Positions 29,941 to 40,027 are shown, counted from the first letter of the stretch. The stretch: 64,000 bases of DNA from Candidatus Nezhaarchaeales archaeon (GCA_038887515.1 JAWAKK010000001.1:384001-448000), one strand, 5' to 3'. Numbers and translations: made by a program. The notes: generated by a model from the sequence alone, not told the origin.

Positions 29941-30177
29941 TTACTCTTCTACTAGCAGTTTAAGAAAAAGTCTTCCCTTATCGGTTGTTCGATAAATTTT
30001 TGGGCCGCTCGGTACTTCAACGATTTCTAGCAACTCTTTGCCGACGAGGTACTGGAGGTACGCTTGAAAGCGTTTAAAGTTTAAATTAGATTTATAGATG
30101 ATATGGGTTATTTTCTCGCCCTTAAGGCATAACCTAAGTATCTCCATAATTATATTAACTTGGTTTCTACGCATCAC
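29941..30177 (-). CDS. Winged-helix regulator (COG3432-like)
   Basis: RRNQVNIIMEILR...ITHIIYKSNLN...YRTTDKG. Confidence 0.85.
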   Translation of the reverse strand: MMRRNQVNIIMEILRLCLKGEKITHIIYKSNLNFKRFQAYLQYLVGKELLEIVEVPSGPKIYRTTDKGRLFLKLLVEE

Positions 30178-30368
30178 GAATCTACCATCTTCGTATTAAA
30201 ACTTTAATTAACCAGTGTTGCGCGTCTAGTAGTAGACGTTTACGTCCTTTGCTTTTAAAAGTATGTGAACTTTTTCAAGGTGAGGGGTATTAATCTACTC
30301 CAAGATATGGTCTATTAATTAAGGAACTGATAGTCCATAACGTCTATAAGTATCATCAATGATATCTC

Positions 30369-30614
30369 ATGTGTAGGCATTTTAAAAGAGGCGGCTCGAT
30401 TGAGAGGATGAAGAAAAACATTAGGCGTTTTCTTAGAGCACTGGAAGACGGGGAGTTTCACAACCTCGAGGACCTATCTAGGAAATTGAATATGCCGCTT
30501 GAATTATTGGTAGCCTTCTCAAACTTCTTGAAGAAATGGGACTTCGCGGATTTCGATGAGGAGGGTCGAAGGGTAAGACTTAAGCCTGACTTTCTTGAAC
30601 TCCCCCGAGACTAA
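30369..30614 (+). CDS. Small wHTH protein
   Basis: LRALEDGEFHNLEDLSRKLNMP...FLKKWDFA. Confidence 0.65.
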   Translation: MCRHFKRGGSIERMKKNIRRFLRALEDGEFHNLEDLSRKLNMPLELLVAFSNFLKKWDFADFDEEGRRVRLKPDFLELPRD

Positions 30615-30903
30615 GGTGTCTCTCGAGCTTCTTAAGAGCTTGGAAAAGTTTTTCTTCAGCTTCTTTGAGTTTCATAAATTCTTCAACGAAGTCCAGACCA
30701 TTCTTGGTAATCGCTATCTTTGAAGAACTACCATTTAAGGAAACGAGCTTCCTAGAAAGAAGGAAGGATAAGTACTTATTAGTCCTATTTAAGTTCAAGT
30801 TGACCTTGCGCATAATCATGGTCTTACTTTGTTTTCCTTCCTTAAGTAGAAGGAGGATGTCTGATAGGATGTCCAAGCCACTCCTTCTCTTCCTTTTAAT
30901 CAT
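30580..30903 (-). CDS. Winged-helix regulator (COG3432-like)
   Basis: RRSGLDILSDIL...KTMIMRKVNLN...ITKNGLDF. Confidence 0.85.
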   Translation of the reverse strand: MIKRKRRSGLDILSDILLLLKEGKQSKTMIMRKVNLNLNRTNKYLSFLLSRKLVSLNGSSSKIAITKNGLDFVEEFMKLKEAEEKLFQALKKLERHLSLGGVQESQA

Positions 30904-30957
30904 GGCTCTAGCAAGTACGATGACTTATATCCCCCTTAATAGATCTTCCCCCAACGC

Positions 30958-31012
30958 AAAAAGGGCAGCGGGCCCTACTAGGCCGCCACCCTACAACCGG
31001 CCAGGTTAGTTA
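30958..31012 (-). ncRNA. Candidate small structured RNA or attenuator
   Basis: GC-rich hairpin with G-U pairs followed by U5; TTATATA box ~25 nt upstream; lies next to AT-rich DNA. Confidence 0.35.
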
Positions 31013-31296
31013 ACTAGTAATACTTCAGTTAAGTATATAATTGTTTCTATAAAATTCTTCTTATTTAAGCGAAGATTCTTTTAATCAATAAATGCAATGG
31101 TGGTTTTTATTTAATTTAAGCGTTGAAAATAAACGATATAAATACGTTAAAAATGTGCAAGCGTAAAAGTTTATGATTATAAAAGGGCTTCAACCATGTC
31201 ACGTTTACTGACATACCTTTTCTTTAGTTGAAGCGATTTCGTGAAGTCAAAAAAGCTTGTTTCATATTTAGGGAGACAAATTTGGATTTGACGTAA

Positions 31297-31333
31297 AGGA
31301 TAGCAGTTGTCAATATATGGATTCTGCTATCCT
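31297..31333. repeat. Perfect 10-bp inverted repeat
   Basis: AGGATAGCAG-N17-CTGCTATCCT. Confidence 0.7.
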
Positions 31334-31483
31334 GAAGTTACGATTTTCGATGTAGTCTTCAAGAACTTTAAGGCAAGGTAAAGGCGTTTTGACGTTGAAA
31401 TGTTTTAGAAGTCAACTTCTTAGCTTGAAAGTTCCTTAAATTTATTTGGAGCCAATAACTATTTTAAATTATTAAGGATACAT

Positions 31484-32293
31484 GTGCTAACTAGTTTTTT
31501 AGGAGTCGAATGGGGTTTGAAGGAGAATAATTGCGGCTCTTCTCTAATTCATGAATTTAAGGTTTACGTTGGTACTTCTGGTTGGCTTTACGATTGGAAC
31601 GTCGATGGAAGCTTTGACTGGTATGTGAGCTACTCTGAACTTAACGCTGTTGAGCTAAATGCCTCTTTCTACAGATTCCCATTTCCGAGCCAAGTGTCTT
31701 CTTGGGCTAAGAAGGGAAGTAAGCTTAAGTGGGCTATTAAGGTTAACAGACTCATAACTCACGTCAAGAGACTGAAAGAGGACTCTCTAAACATTTGGAT
31801 GAGGTTTAGGACTCTCTTGAAGCCAATGGATCACCTAGTAGACTTCTATTTGTTCCAGCTCCCACCAAACTTCAAGAGGACTAGCGAGAACGTTAGGAGG
31901 TTAAAGACCTACGCTGAGGAGACTGACTTGGGCTCTAGGTTTGCAGTAGAATTTAGAGACGTTTCTTGGTTTAACGATGAGACCGTCGATGTATGTGAAA
32001 AGCTTGGAATAACTGTAGTATCGATAGACGCCCCCATAGGTACCTGGATAGCTAGAAGCAGCGATGCCATATGTCTTAGAATGCATGGACGAGACATCTG
32101 GTACGCATACGATTACGAGGAGAATGAGCTTAGAGAGTTGGCCGTAAGAGTTCTAATGCTCAAGCCGAAAAGGGTGTACGTCTTCTTCAACAACGATCAC
32201 TGGATGCTTGACGACGCAAGAGCTATGCTTCACATCCTAAAAGCTACACCAAACCATCATCTCCAAGACTTGACGTATAATGCACACTTCTAG
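31484..32293 (+). CDS. DUF72 (YecE-like) protein
   Basis: VYVGTSGW, AVELNASFYRFP, LFQLPPNF, AVEFRDVSWF, LRMHGR, VFFNND; start probably further downstream. Confidence 0.9.
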   Translation: MLTSFLGVEWGLKENNCGSSLIHEFKVYVGTSGWLYDWNVDGSFDWYVSYSELNAVELNASFYRFPFPSQVSSWAKKGSKLKWAIKVNRLITHVKRLKEDSLNIWMRFRTLLKPMDHLVDFYLFQLPPNFKRTSENVRRLKTYAEETDLGSRFAVEFRDVSWFNDETVDVCEKLGITVVSIDAPIGTWIARSSDAICLRMHGRDIWYAYDYEENELRELAVRVLMLKPKRVYVFFNNDHWMLDDARAMLHILKATPNHHLQDLTYNAHF

Positions 32294-32360
32294 GCGGAAG
32301 CCTCAGGAAGTTTTTTCTACGATTTTCGCTTAACAGTGAATTGTGCATGGTGGTCTCTTC

Positions 32361-33146
32361 ATGGGGCTCGACGTGATAATATTGGCGGGCGGCTTTGCAA
32401 AGAGGTTGAGACCCATATCGGACGTCATGCCCAAGCCGCTACTCCACATAGATGGAGTACCGTTGTTAAATCACGTTTTAGAGAAAGTATTAGAGATAGA
32501 CTACGATAGGATAATAGTTTCAACGAACAAGAAGTTCGAGAGCTCATTTAGGTACTGGATGAAAACTCTTGAAGCAACTTACGAAAACGTCAAGATCTTC
32601 TTGTCCGTCGAACCTTCACAAACAGAAGAAGAGAAATTTGGCGCTATAGGAGGTCTCTCTTATACTATAAAATTATTTAACGTGGACAAGGCTGGAAACG
32701 ACCTTTTAGTTATTTTGGGAGATAATCTATTCGACTTTGATTTGAAGGGATTTGTAAGTTATGGAGCGAGGTTAAATCGGATAGTTATAGGAGCTTACAA
32801 CGTAAAAAACGTCGATTTAGCAAAGAGATATGGTGTTATAGTGGCCGATGAGAAAAATAAGGTCCTATCCTTCATAGAGAAGCCAGAGAAGCCTCCTTCA
32901 ACGCTGATATCTGTAGGAATATATTACATACCGAGCGGCTTTATTCAGAAAATTGAGGAATTCTTAGGAATGCAGAAGTACAAGGATGCAGTAGGCAAGT
33001 TCTTTGAATGGCTCTCTAAGAATGCAGATGTGTATGTGTACGGGTTTACAGGTTATTGGACTGACATAGGGACCCCGGAGTCCTATTTAGAGGCGAATAA
33101 ATGGGCTAGCGAGAGGAACTTAGGGAGAAGATGGCAGTGGCCTTAA
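32361..33146 (+). CDS. Sugar-phosphate nucleotidyltransferase
   Basis: ILAGGFAKRLRP...PKPLL, GDNLF, FIEKP, WTDIGTPESY. Confidence 0.9.
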   Translation: MGLDVIILAGGFAKRLRPISDVMPKPLLHIDGVPLLNHVLEKVLEIDYDRIIVSTNKKFESSFRYWMKTLEATYENVKIFLSVEPSQTEEEKFGAIGGLSYTIKLFNVDKAGNDLLVILGDNLFDFDLKGFVSYGARLNRIVIGAYNVKNVDLAKRYGVIVADEKNKVLSFIEKPEKPPSTLISVGIYYIPSGFIQKIEEFLGMQKYKDAVGKFFEWLSKNADVYVYGFTGYWTDIGTPESYLEANKWASERNLGRRWQWP

Positions 33147-33161
33147 CTTAAGCTCCAATAA

Positions 33162-33947
33162 TTATGGGAAAATGCACTTAAGCTTACCAAGCTCTGGAAA
33201 CTCGTAGACTCCGGCTTCGGGCTCAACGACTATTGGCTTAAACGAGTCTATGTCGACTTGACTCTCCAAGATAGGAGAGAGTAAAAGGTTCTTAGGGGTT
33301 TCATTCATCGTAGAACCGCTTGCTAACGGCGAGAGCGCTGGAAGTACTATTACCATAACATTTTTCCAGAATCCCTTCAGGAAGCACTTGAACTTTCTCT
33401 TAACTCCAAAGCTATCTCTGACAGCTAGGGCTGGATGCTCGTGGCCCATAAGTAAGACTTCAACCTCTCTAGGTAGCTCTTCTAACAATTTATGCCCGTG
33501 AACCATTAAGTATCGACCTCTAATCATCATTGGATCATGGAGTTCTGCTCCATACTTCTTTAGTATGGTTATTATGTAGTTGTCGTGGTTCCCTCTGACG
33601 ACGTGGACTTTTAGGTTGCTATCTGTAAGGTGCTTGAGCATGTCTTTGACTTCTACCCATTCTTGACTTGTTGGAATCCCAAATTCGTGCTTAACGTCGC
33701 CGAGCATGACTATGCTTTCAGGCTTAATCTTTTCTACCATGTCGCTTATGGCTTGCTTCATTTTAGGGTAGGTAGATCTAGGCACATATATGCCCTGCTT
33801 TTGAAGGGCTTGCTCGTAACCTATGTGTAAATCTGTGACCACGAGTATCCCTACATCTTTCAAGTAGAGCCCCGGCAGCATACGATCAATCTCTATGTTC
33901 TTTGAGACTTCAAAGTTCACAGTAAAGGCACCCATGCCACTATACAA
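33162..33947 (-). CDS. Metallophosphoesterase (Lhr-associated type)
   Basis: DLHIG, GDVKH, RGNHD, HGH, GHEHP. Confidence 0.88.
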   Translation of the reverse strand: MYSGMGAFTVNFEVSKNIEIDRMLPGLYLKDVGILVVTDLHIGYEQALQKQGIYVPRSTYPKMKQAISDMVEKIKPESIVMLGDVKHEFGIPTSQEWVEVKDMLKHLTDSNLKVHVVRGNHDNYIITILKKYGAELHDPMMIRGRYLMVHGHKLLEELPREVEVLLMGHEHPALAVRDSFGVKRKFKCFLKGFWKNVMVIVLPALSPLASGSTMNETPKNLLLSPILESQVDIDSFKPIVVEPEAGVYEFPELGKLKCIFP

Positions 33948-34003
33948 ACTAACCTCCTTAACCTTATTATATGTTAGCGAAAATTAGCCCAGTAAAAAAA
34001 TGT

Positions 34004-36637
34004 CTAGCTGTTAATCGATAGGCTCCTCTGAACCCTTTCAATAACTTGGTCGTAGAGATGCTGGAGCAAGGCTCTCCTATCGTCCATTAACACTACGTCG
34101 CTTAACCCTTGTAGTACTAAGCCGTGGGCAAACGGCGAAGGTAAGTCGTAGATGGGCATAACATAGAAATTCCTAAGACCCATTTCTATCTCTTTAAGGA
34201 CGTTCTCTGCCGTCTTAACGTCCATGAGGTCTTCGAGTACTTCTCTATAGGTTTCTTCGAGTACCGGAAATCCCTCTATGTCCTCGACAACGTCCATTAA
34301 TATTTGTGCGTTAATAATCTGCCTGCTGACCTTTACCTCTCTACCCTTATAGTTCCTTAGAATCATAAATGATCGTGTAGCACAGTGTCTAAACCTTCTT
34401 TTAACCATCTCCGTATGTTTAACTGCATCTCGAAGTAGTCTTCTTAAATTATCGTGGCTCACAGCGTTAAGTAACACGTTTACGTCGCGAAGCAACCTTC
34501 TAGGTAGAGTTAAGATGAAGCCTGTATCCCCCACCGTTACCGCGACGTTTACTCCAAGCATCTTCATTAAAGCATAGGCGTAAGCCCTTGAAAGCGCATC
34601 GTTAACTCTTCTACCGAAGACACAGTGGAATATTATGTTTTGCCTTCCTTCCGGGTCTAAGTAGTTCTCGACTAGGATTACCTTATTATTCGGTCTAGCT
34701 TTAATCCCAAGCATCTTCAAGAAGGATAGCATCGAAGCAAAATACATGTATATAGAGTTCGCGGCTTTTCTATCGCACCTGTACTCTACCATTAAGTACT
34801 TTACTACCTTGGTTTTCGACTCCTCCTCAACGAGCTTAAACATTTCTTCCCTGAACTTACCTATAGCTTCACCTAAATCGAAGCTTAACGGCAACATCTC
34901 TGAAAACCACGAGGGAACTGTAGGTTTAACGCCTTCCTTAGGGGTAACGTAGGCTCTCAGTCCAACTGCATACCTAAATTCATAGGGCTTACCGCCTAGT
35001 ATGAAGATGTCGCCTGGGCTAAGCCTTTCGAGAAACTCTTCCTCTATCGAACCAACCCATCTACCATCGAGTGTGAAGACTTTAACTGCAACTTCATCAG
35101 GTATGGTCCCTACATTCGTTGAATATATGAGCCTAAGTAGAGGTCCCCTTCTACCGAAAACTCCCTCCTTATCATCACACCATATCTTTCCATATACCTT
35201 GTATACTTCAAGCGTCGAGTACCAACCGCTTAAGTACTTTAAGATCGACTCGAAACTTTCATAAGACAAATTCTTATAGCAGAAACTTCTCTTGACGAGT
35301 TTGTATGCCTCCTTAACCGACCACTTCCTCTCAAGAGCCATTCCCACTACGTGTTGAGCTAGTACATCAAGGCAGTTTTCAGGTATATATACTCTATCGA
35401 GCTTGCCCTTGTACGCCTCGGAAACCATTACTGCGTCTTCAACCAAGTCGTCCATTTCTAGGCCTATAAGTATGCCTTTAGAAACTTTATCTAAAGCATG
35501 ACCTGACCTGCCTATTCTCTGCAAGCAGCGCGAAATGGACTTTGGAGAACCTATCTGTACGACTAGGTCTATGTAGCCTATGTCTATGCCGAGCTCAAGC
35601 GATGTGCTACAAACAACGGCTTTCATCTTTCCTTCCTTAAGCCTATCTTCAACGTTTCTCCTAATCTCTCTTGAGAGGCTACTGTGGTGGGCTGCAAGTT
35701 CATCACCGTCGACTACCTTAAGTTTAGATAGGTGGTACACTACCCTCTCGGTTCCACTCCGAGTATTAGTGAAGACAAGCGTCGTCGTGTGGGACCTTAT
35801 CAGCTTCTTGAGGGCTCTATACATCTTCTCGCTCGTAATCGACGCTGGAGTGTGCACTAAATCGTCTACGGGGCACGTGACCCTTAGATCTATTGATTTT
35901 ACAAACCTTGTATCAACTACAACGCAATCCCTCGGGGTCCCGTCATCGTTGCAACCCACAAGAAACTCTGCTACAGTCTCAAGTGGATGTATTGTCGCCG
36001 AGAGACCGATCCTTACGAACGGTCTACCGACAAGTTCTTGAAGCCTTTCAAGGCTCAACGTCAAGTGGACGCCTCTCTTCGAACTACAGAGTTCGTGTAT
36101 CTCGTCTACTATTACCCACTTGACAGTTTTGAGTTTCTGCCTAAACTTGGGAGCGCAGAGTATTATCGCTAAGCTTTCAGGGGTTGTAATTAGTATGTGA
36201 GGTGGCTTTCTAAGCATCGAAGCTCTTTCCGACTGAGTCGTATCGCCGGTTCTAACTGCAACTCTTATCTCGCCTACATTAATTCCCTCGGACTTAGCAA
36301 GCTCTTGAATTTCCTCTAAGGGTTTCTTAAGATTCTTGTATATGTCGTAGTTAAGAGATCTAAGAGGGGAGACGTATACACAATATACGCTATCTTGAAG
36401 CTCTCCGTTCCTTGACATTTTAAATAACTCGCTTATGATACTTATGAAGGCTGCTAAGGTCTTACCGCTACCAGTCGGTGACGCTATGAGAACGTTCTTG
36501 CCTTCGTATATGTGAGCTATGGCATAGCGCTGAGGCGGCGTTATATCTGGAAAACGCGAAAACCACTTAGCAACGATAGGGTCGAGTAGCTTAAGGACCT
36601 CTTCTTTACTAAAACTTTTATCGGCTCTTATAATCAA
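34004..36637 (-). CDS. lhr: ATP-dependent helicase Lhr
   Basis: SPTGSGKT, TTPESL, VDEIHE, AHHSSLS, SLELGIDIG, QRIGRSGH. Confidence 0.93.
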   Translation of the reverse strand: MIIRADKSFSKEEVLKLLDPIVAKWFSRFPDITPPQRYAIAHIYEGKNVLIASPTGSGKTLAAFISIISELFKMSRNGELQDSVYCVYVSPLRSLNYDIYKNLKKPLEEIQELAKSEGINVGEIRVAVRTGDTTQSERASMLRKPPHILITTPESLAIILCAPKFRQKLKTVKWVIVDEIHELCSSKRGVHLTLSLERLQELVGRPFVRIGLSATIHPLETVAEFLVGCNDDGTPRDCVVVDTRFVKSIDLRVTCPVDDLVHTPASITSEKMYRALKKLIRSHTTTLVFTNTRSGTERVVYHLSKLKVVDGDELAAHHSSLSREIRRNVEDRLKEGKMKAVVCSTSLELGIDIGYIDLVVQIGSPKSISRCLQRIGRSGHALDKVSKGILIGLEMDDLVEDAVMVSEAYKGKLDRVYIPENCLDVLAQHVVGMALERKWSVKEAYKLVKRSFCYKNLSYESFESILKYLSGWYSTLEVYKVYGKIWCDDKEGVFGRRGPLLRLIYSTNVGTIPDEVAVKVFTLDGRWVGSIEEEFLERLSPGDIFILGGKPYEFRYAVGLRAYVTPKEGVKPTVPSWFSEMLPLSFDLGEAIGKFREEMFKLVEEESKTKVVKYLMVEYRCDRKAANSIYMYFASMLSFLKMLGIKARPNNKVILVENYLDPEGRQNIIFHCVFGRRVNDALSRAYAYALMKMLGVNVAVTVGDTGFILTLPRRLLRDVNVLLNAVSHDNLRRLLRDAVKHTEMVKRRFRHCATRSFMILRNYKGREVKVSRQIINAQILMDVVEDIEGFPVLEETYREVLEDLMDVKTAENVLKEIEMGLRNFYVMPIYDLPSPFAHGLVLQGLSDVVLMDDRRALLQHLYDQVIERVQRSLSINS

Positions 36638-36941
36638 CTTTCGCTCCCAAACCCAACCCTAGGTTAGGGGTAGGACTCTCTTAATCTTGCCGTACATGCC
36701 CTACGATAGTTGCCAAGAGTTAAGCATTGAAACCTTCATTTCCATTGGAGAGCTCTGTGATATAAGAATCAAAAAATTTACCGAACGAAAGACTTTTACT
36801 TTAAACGCTGAAATTATATTGATAGACGTGGAAAGTTAAGCGCCCCATTCATTGCCTAAGTGGTCTTTAAGTATTTTGAGGAAAAGGTTTTTAAGTTCGC
36901 CCCTGCCCTTTCTAGGGCATTCCTCGAAACGGGGTCACCGT

Positions 36942-37187
36942 GTGAGCTACAACGATAATATATTGAAGGTTGTTAAGGAGGCCGTAAGCTGCTTAAGCGC
37001 AACCGTAAACAACGGTATGAACGGTAGATGTAATCAGTGTTGCAGGAAGGAACTATGCGATTTACTTTACGAACTCGTCTCCTGCGGATATCGCATGTGT
37101 AGTGACTTGATGCATGGAGCGGTAATGCACACCATACTAGAAGTGGAGAGAACTGAGAGAGATATGGAAAGGGACGCTACGACGTAG
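36942..37187 (+). CDS. Small Cys-rich hypothetical protein (81 aa)
   Basis: GTG start after GGGGT; CNQCCRKELC motif, 7 Cys. Confidence 0.5.
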   Translation: MSYNDNILKVVKEAVSCLSATVNNGMNGRCNQCCRKELCDLLYELVSCGYRMCSDLMHGAVMHTILEVERTERDMERDATT

Positions 37188-37192
37188 GAAAG

Positions 37193-38290
37193 CTAAGTTC
37201 GGAGAGCCCTCTCAATTCCATGAGCTATAACTTTGGCCGCTGACTCTATATCCCTCACGTCCACAAGCTCAACAGTTGTATGCATATACTTTAGCGGTAT
37301 CGAAATTAACATAGATTTTAGACCAGTCCTCGCTAACTGTACGACATCCATATCTGTCCTAGTTTTTCCAGCTTCAGAACCTATCTGGTAGGGGATGCCT
37401 GTCTTTTTAGCTTCATCTTCGAAGATCGCAGGCAGAGTTGATGGCACTGGCGGACCCCTCGCTATTACCGGACCTAGCCCGAGCTTTATCGGGCAGTCTT
37501 TCTCTTCAAAGCCAGGATATCCTCCTGCATGCGTAACGTCGACTGCTATTGCAAGTCTAACGCCTTCTTGATGCAATTTGTATCCAGCAACTGTAGCACC
37601 TCGAGCACCAACCTCTTCTTGAACCGTGAAGACTGCGTAGTGTTCAATGTCCAACTCATTCAGAAGCTTTGATGCCAAGATTGTTGCTGCACAGCCAGCC
37701 CTATCATCAAAGCCCCTTGATGCTATTATCGTTGAATTGCTTCTAGGTATTGGCGTGAAGTTCTTGTAGAGGTGGGCCAAATCCCCTATTCTAATGAGGT
37801 TCTCCACCTCGTCTCTGCTCTTCAAGCCTACGTCTACAAACATTTCTTGGATCTTAGGTGCTTTATCCCTCTCTTCGGGTCTTAAGTGGTGTATAGGCTT
37901 TGAGCCGATAACACCTAGAACTACTCTATCTCTCAAGTCCAGTCCGTCAAGGTCTCTTCCGCTACCATAGATGACTACTACCTCGCCGAGTAACACCCTA
38001 TCATCCCATCCGCCGATGGGCTCTATGTACACCAAGCCGTTCTCCACAATGCTCTTGACTGTAAAGCCCAGCTCATCCATGTGTGCTATAAGTGCTACCT
38101 TAGGCCTATCGCCAACCTTAACGTATAGATTTCCAAGCTCATCGACACTAAATGATGCTTGAGGTAGCGTAGTTCTAAGAAGCCCTTCTATTTCATCCTT
38201 GACAGGGTCCTCCCAACCAGATACTCCGGGAGTTAAGGTTAAGGTGCGCAATATGCTCATGAGTTCCAAGTCTATCACCGAGATGCTCAA
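37193..38290 (-). CDS. M42 family aminopeptidase
   Basis: AHMDELG, DDRAG, QEEVGARGA, VDVT, YMHT. Confidence 0.92.
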   Translation of the reverse strand: MSISVIDLELMSILRTLTLTPGVSGWEDPVKDEIEGLLRTTLPQASFSVDELGNLYVKVGDRPKVALIAHMDELGFTVKSIVENGLVYIEPIGGWDDRVLLGEVVVIYGSGRDLDGLDLRDRVVLGVIGSKPIHHLRPEERDKAPKIQEMFVDVGLKSRDEVENLIRIGDLAHLYKNFTPIPRSNSTIIASRGFDDRAGCAATILASKLLNELDIEHYAVFTVQEEVGARGATVAGYKLHQEGVRLAIAVDVTHAGGYPGFEEKDCPIKLGLGPVIARGPPVPSTLPAIFEDEAKKTGIPYQIGSEAGKTRTDMDVVQLARTGLKSMLISIPLKYMHTTVELVDVRDIESAAKVIAHGIERALRT

Positions 38291-38363
38291 TTTGGTGTCA
38301 GAAATCCCTCTTCAATAACTTAAATGTTTTTATAAAGACAGTTATTAGAAGCCTAGCTAGAGA

Positions 38364-39647
38364 TTAAATGAAGCCCGGCTCTAGCTTCTCGACTTCTCGA
38401 CACTCCTCCAACTTAACGTATCCCAGTTTTACAGCTCTGACCCGTTCAACGCTCCTTAAAGGAGTCGATATCAACGCTTTCGCAGATTTAAAGTCTATGT
38501 TCTTCAGTATTCCTAAATCTAGGAAGACGCCTCTCTCGCCCATTAACCCTACAACGAGCCCACGTTCAAACCCCTTTATCAAGGTCCTGATAGCTCTATC
38601 GGCGAATGCGTTTCTAATGTCTCTGTAAAACTCTTTGTTTTCCGGAGGCTTCTCTAAAACTATTACTACCGAGTCGCAGGAGAGCTCACAATATTCAACT
38701 TTACAGCCAGCCATTGACTCTATTGCTTGGACAACTTCTGGAGGAGCTTTATATCCGCTGCCCATGAACGAACCTACTATAGCCACCCTATCCAAGCTTA
38801 AGGTATGGTCTACCAACCCCCTCTTAGTAAAGTAGTTATAGAAGGCTCTTTCGCGCAATGCCTTACGATCATTGCGATTACGTTGTCTAACCCAAGGAGA
38901 AGCTGGTAGCTCAACTACGCTGTATCCTAGAGCTTTAAACTGCTTTGTTAGATGCTTGAGCTCATTGTTTCTCTGGAGAGCAACTATGACGCTGGGATTT
39001 AAAGTCTCGACGGTGTAGAGCTGGTAAGCTCTTGCGGGTCCTCCGTAAACCATGCCTGGCGTATCTATCAAGACCGCTCCTCCAGCCTTTACTGCCTCGT
39101 TCACTAGTTTTAAGGTCCCCGTAACCATTGGCAGTAGGTGGCCAGCAGGAGAGGTCGAGCCTACAAAGTAGGCAGAAGTTAGGGGGGCTTCTTCGAGAAA
39201 TGCTATTTGCCTATCTAAAACGCTTAATCCTATTGTCGTGGGAGGGCCTATATCTGATTGACCTACATCACAGTCAACTACTGAAACCCTAAAACCCTTG
39301 GCGAGAAGCTTGTTCGCAGTGTAAGTGACGAAGAAGGTCTTGCCAGAGTCTATGTAGCCCAGCGTAAATATTATGGAGTCTTTAGACAGCGAGTCTATTA
39401 GGTTAACCCACTCTTTAGGTACCGTTGAGGTTTCGAGCTTGGTTATAGAGCCGCTTCCTCTAAGCTCTATTTTAGCTTCAGCAGGCGCCTCTATGAGTGT
39501 GGCTTTGGACATTGGTATGATGACTTCTTCACTTGCATTAAGGCTTTTGCCCGTAACCTCCATAAAACCTTCAATTAACTTGATCTTTAAAGGTCCTTCC
39601 GCGATATAGTAGCCTGCAATTCTCTCAATTTTCCCCGGAAGCACCAT
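38364..39647 (-). CDS. Clp1/Grc3-family polynucleotide 5'-OH kinase
   Basis: GYIDSGKT, DCDVGQSDIGPPTTIG, YFVGSTSP, IDTPG, RKALRE. Confidence 0.88.
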   Translation of the reverse strand: MVLPGKIERIAGYYIAEGPLKIKLIEGFMEVTGKSLNASEEVIIPMSKATLIEAPAEAKIELRGSGSITKLETSTVPKEWVNLIDSLSKDSIIFTLGYIDSGKTFFVTYTANKLLAKGFRVSVVDCDVGQSDIGPPTTIGLSVLDRQIAFLEEAPLTSAYFVGSTSPAGHLLPMVTGTLKLVNEAVKAGGAVLIDTPGMVYGGPARAYQLYTVETLNPSVIVALQRNNELKHLTKQFKALGYSVVELPASPWVRQRNRNDRKALRERAFYNYFTKRGLVDHTLSLDRVAIVGSFMGSGYKAPPEVVQAIESMAGCKVEYCELSCDSVVIVLEKPPENKEFYRDIRNAFADRAIRTLIKGFERGLVVGLMGERGVFLDLGILKNIDFKSAKALISTPLRSVERVRAVKLGYVKLEECREVEKLEPGFI

Positions 39648-40027
39648 CGCTTCGACCTCCGACTGTAGCTCTCGAAGTTTATATTGAAAAGTAACAAAAC
39701 GACTTTGAAAAGTTAACCAATATCAAAATCGAAAGAATGTTATAAAGTAAGCCAGCGACCTATCCTGGACTCCTTTTATTTTAAATGTTCGTTTAGCATT
39801 TAACATTCTCTTAGTTATATCTGAAGACGAGGGGTCTAAAGCAACTTTTACATCTTAAGGCCTCGGCTGCGTTGGCTTGATTTACGATATTCCATGTAAT
39901 ATAAACAGAGCGAGTTTAACGTAGTATTTTGGTATCCAAAGGAAAAGGGAGATTAAAGCTTAAGGTGAACGATACGTCCGATCCTGCTTAGAGAGTTTTT
40001 CTATTTCTTTCTTATTAGCCGTTCATC

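Noticed and set aside
30958-31012. tRNA or tRNA half
   Set aside because: No T-loop (TTCRA) or cloverleaf
39699-39716. Third TTAACT-N6-AGTTAA site near clp1
   Set aside because: Left arm degenerate (ACGACT) and TATA offset differs
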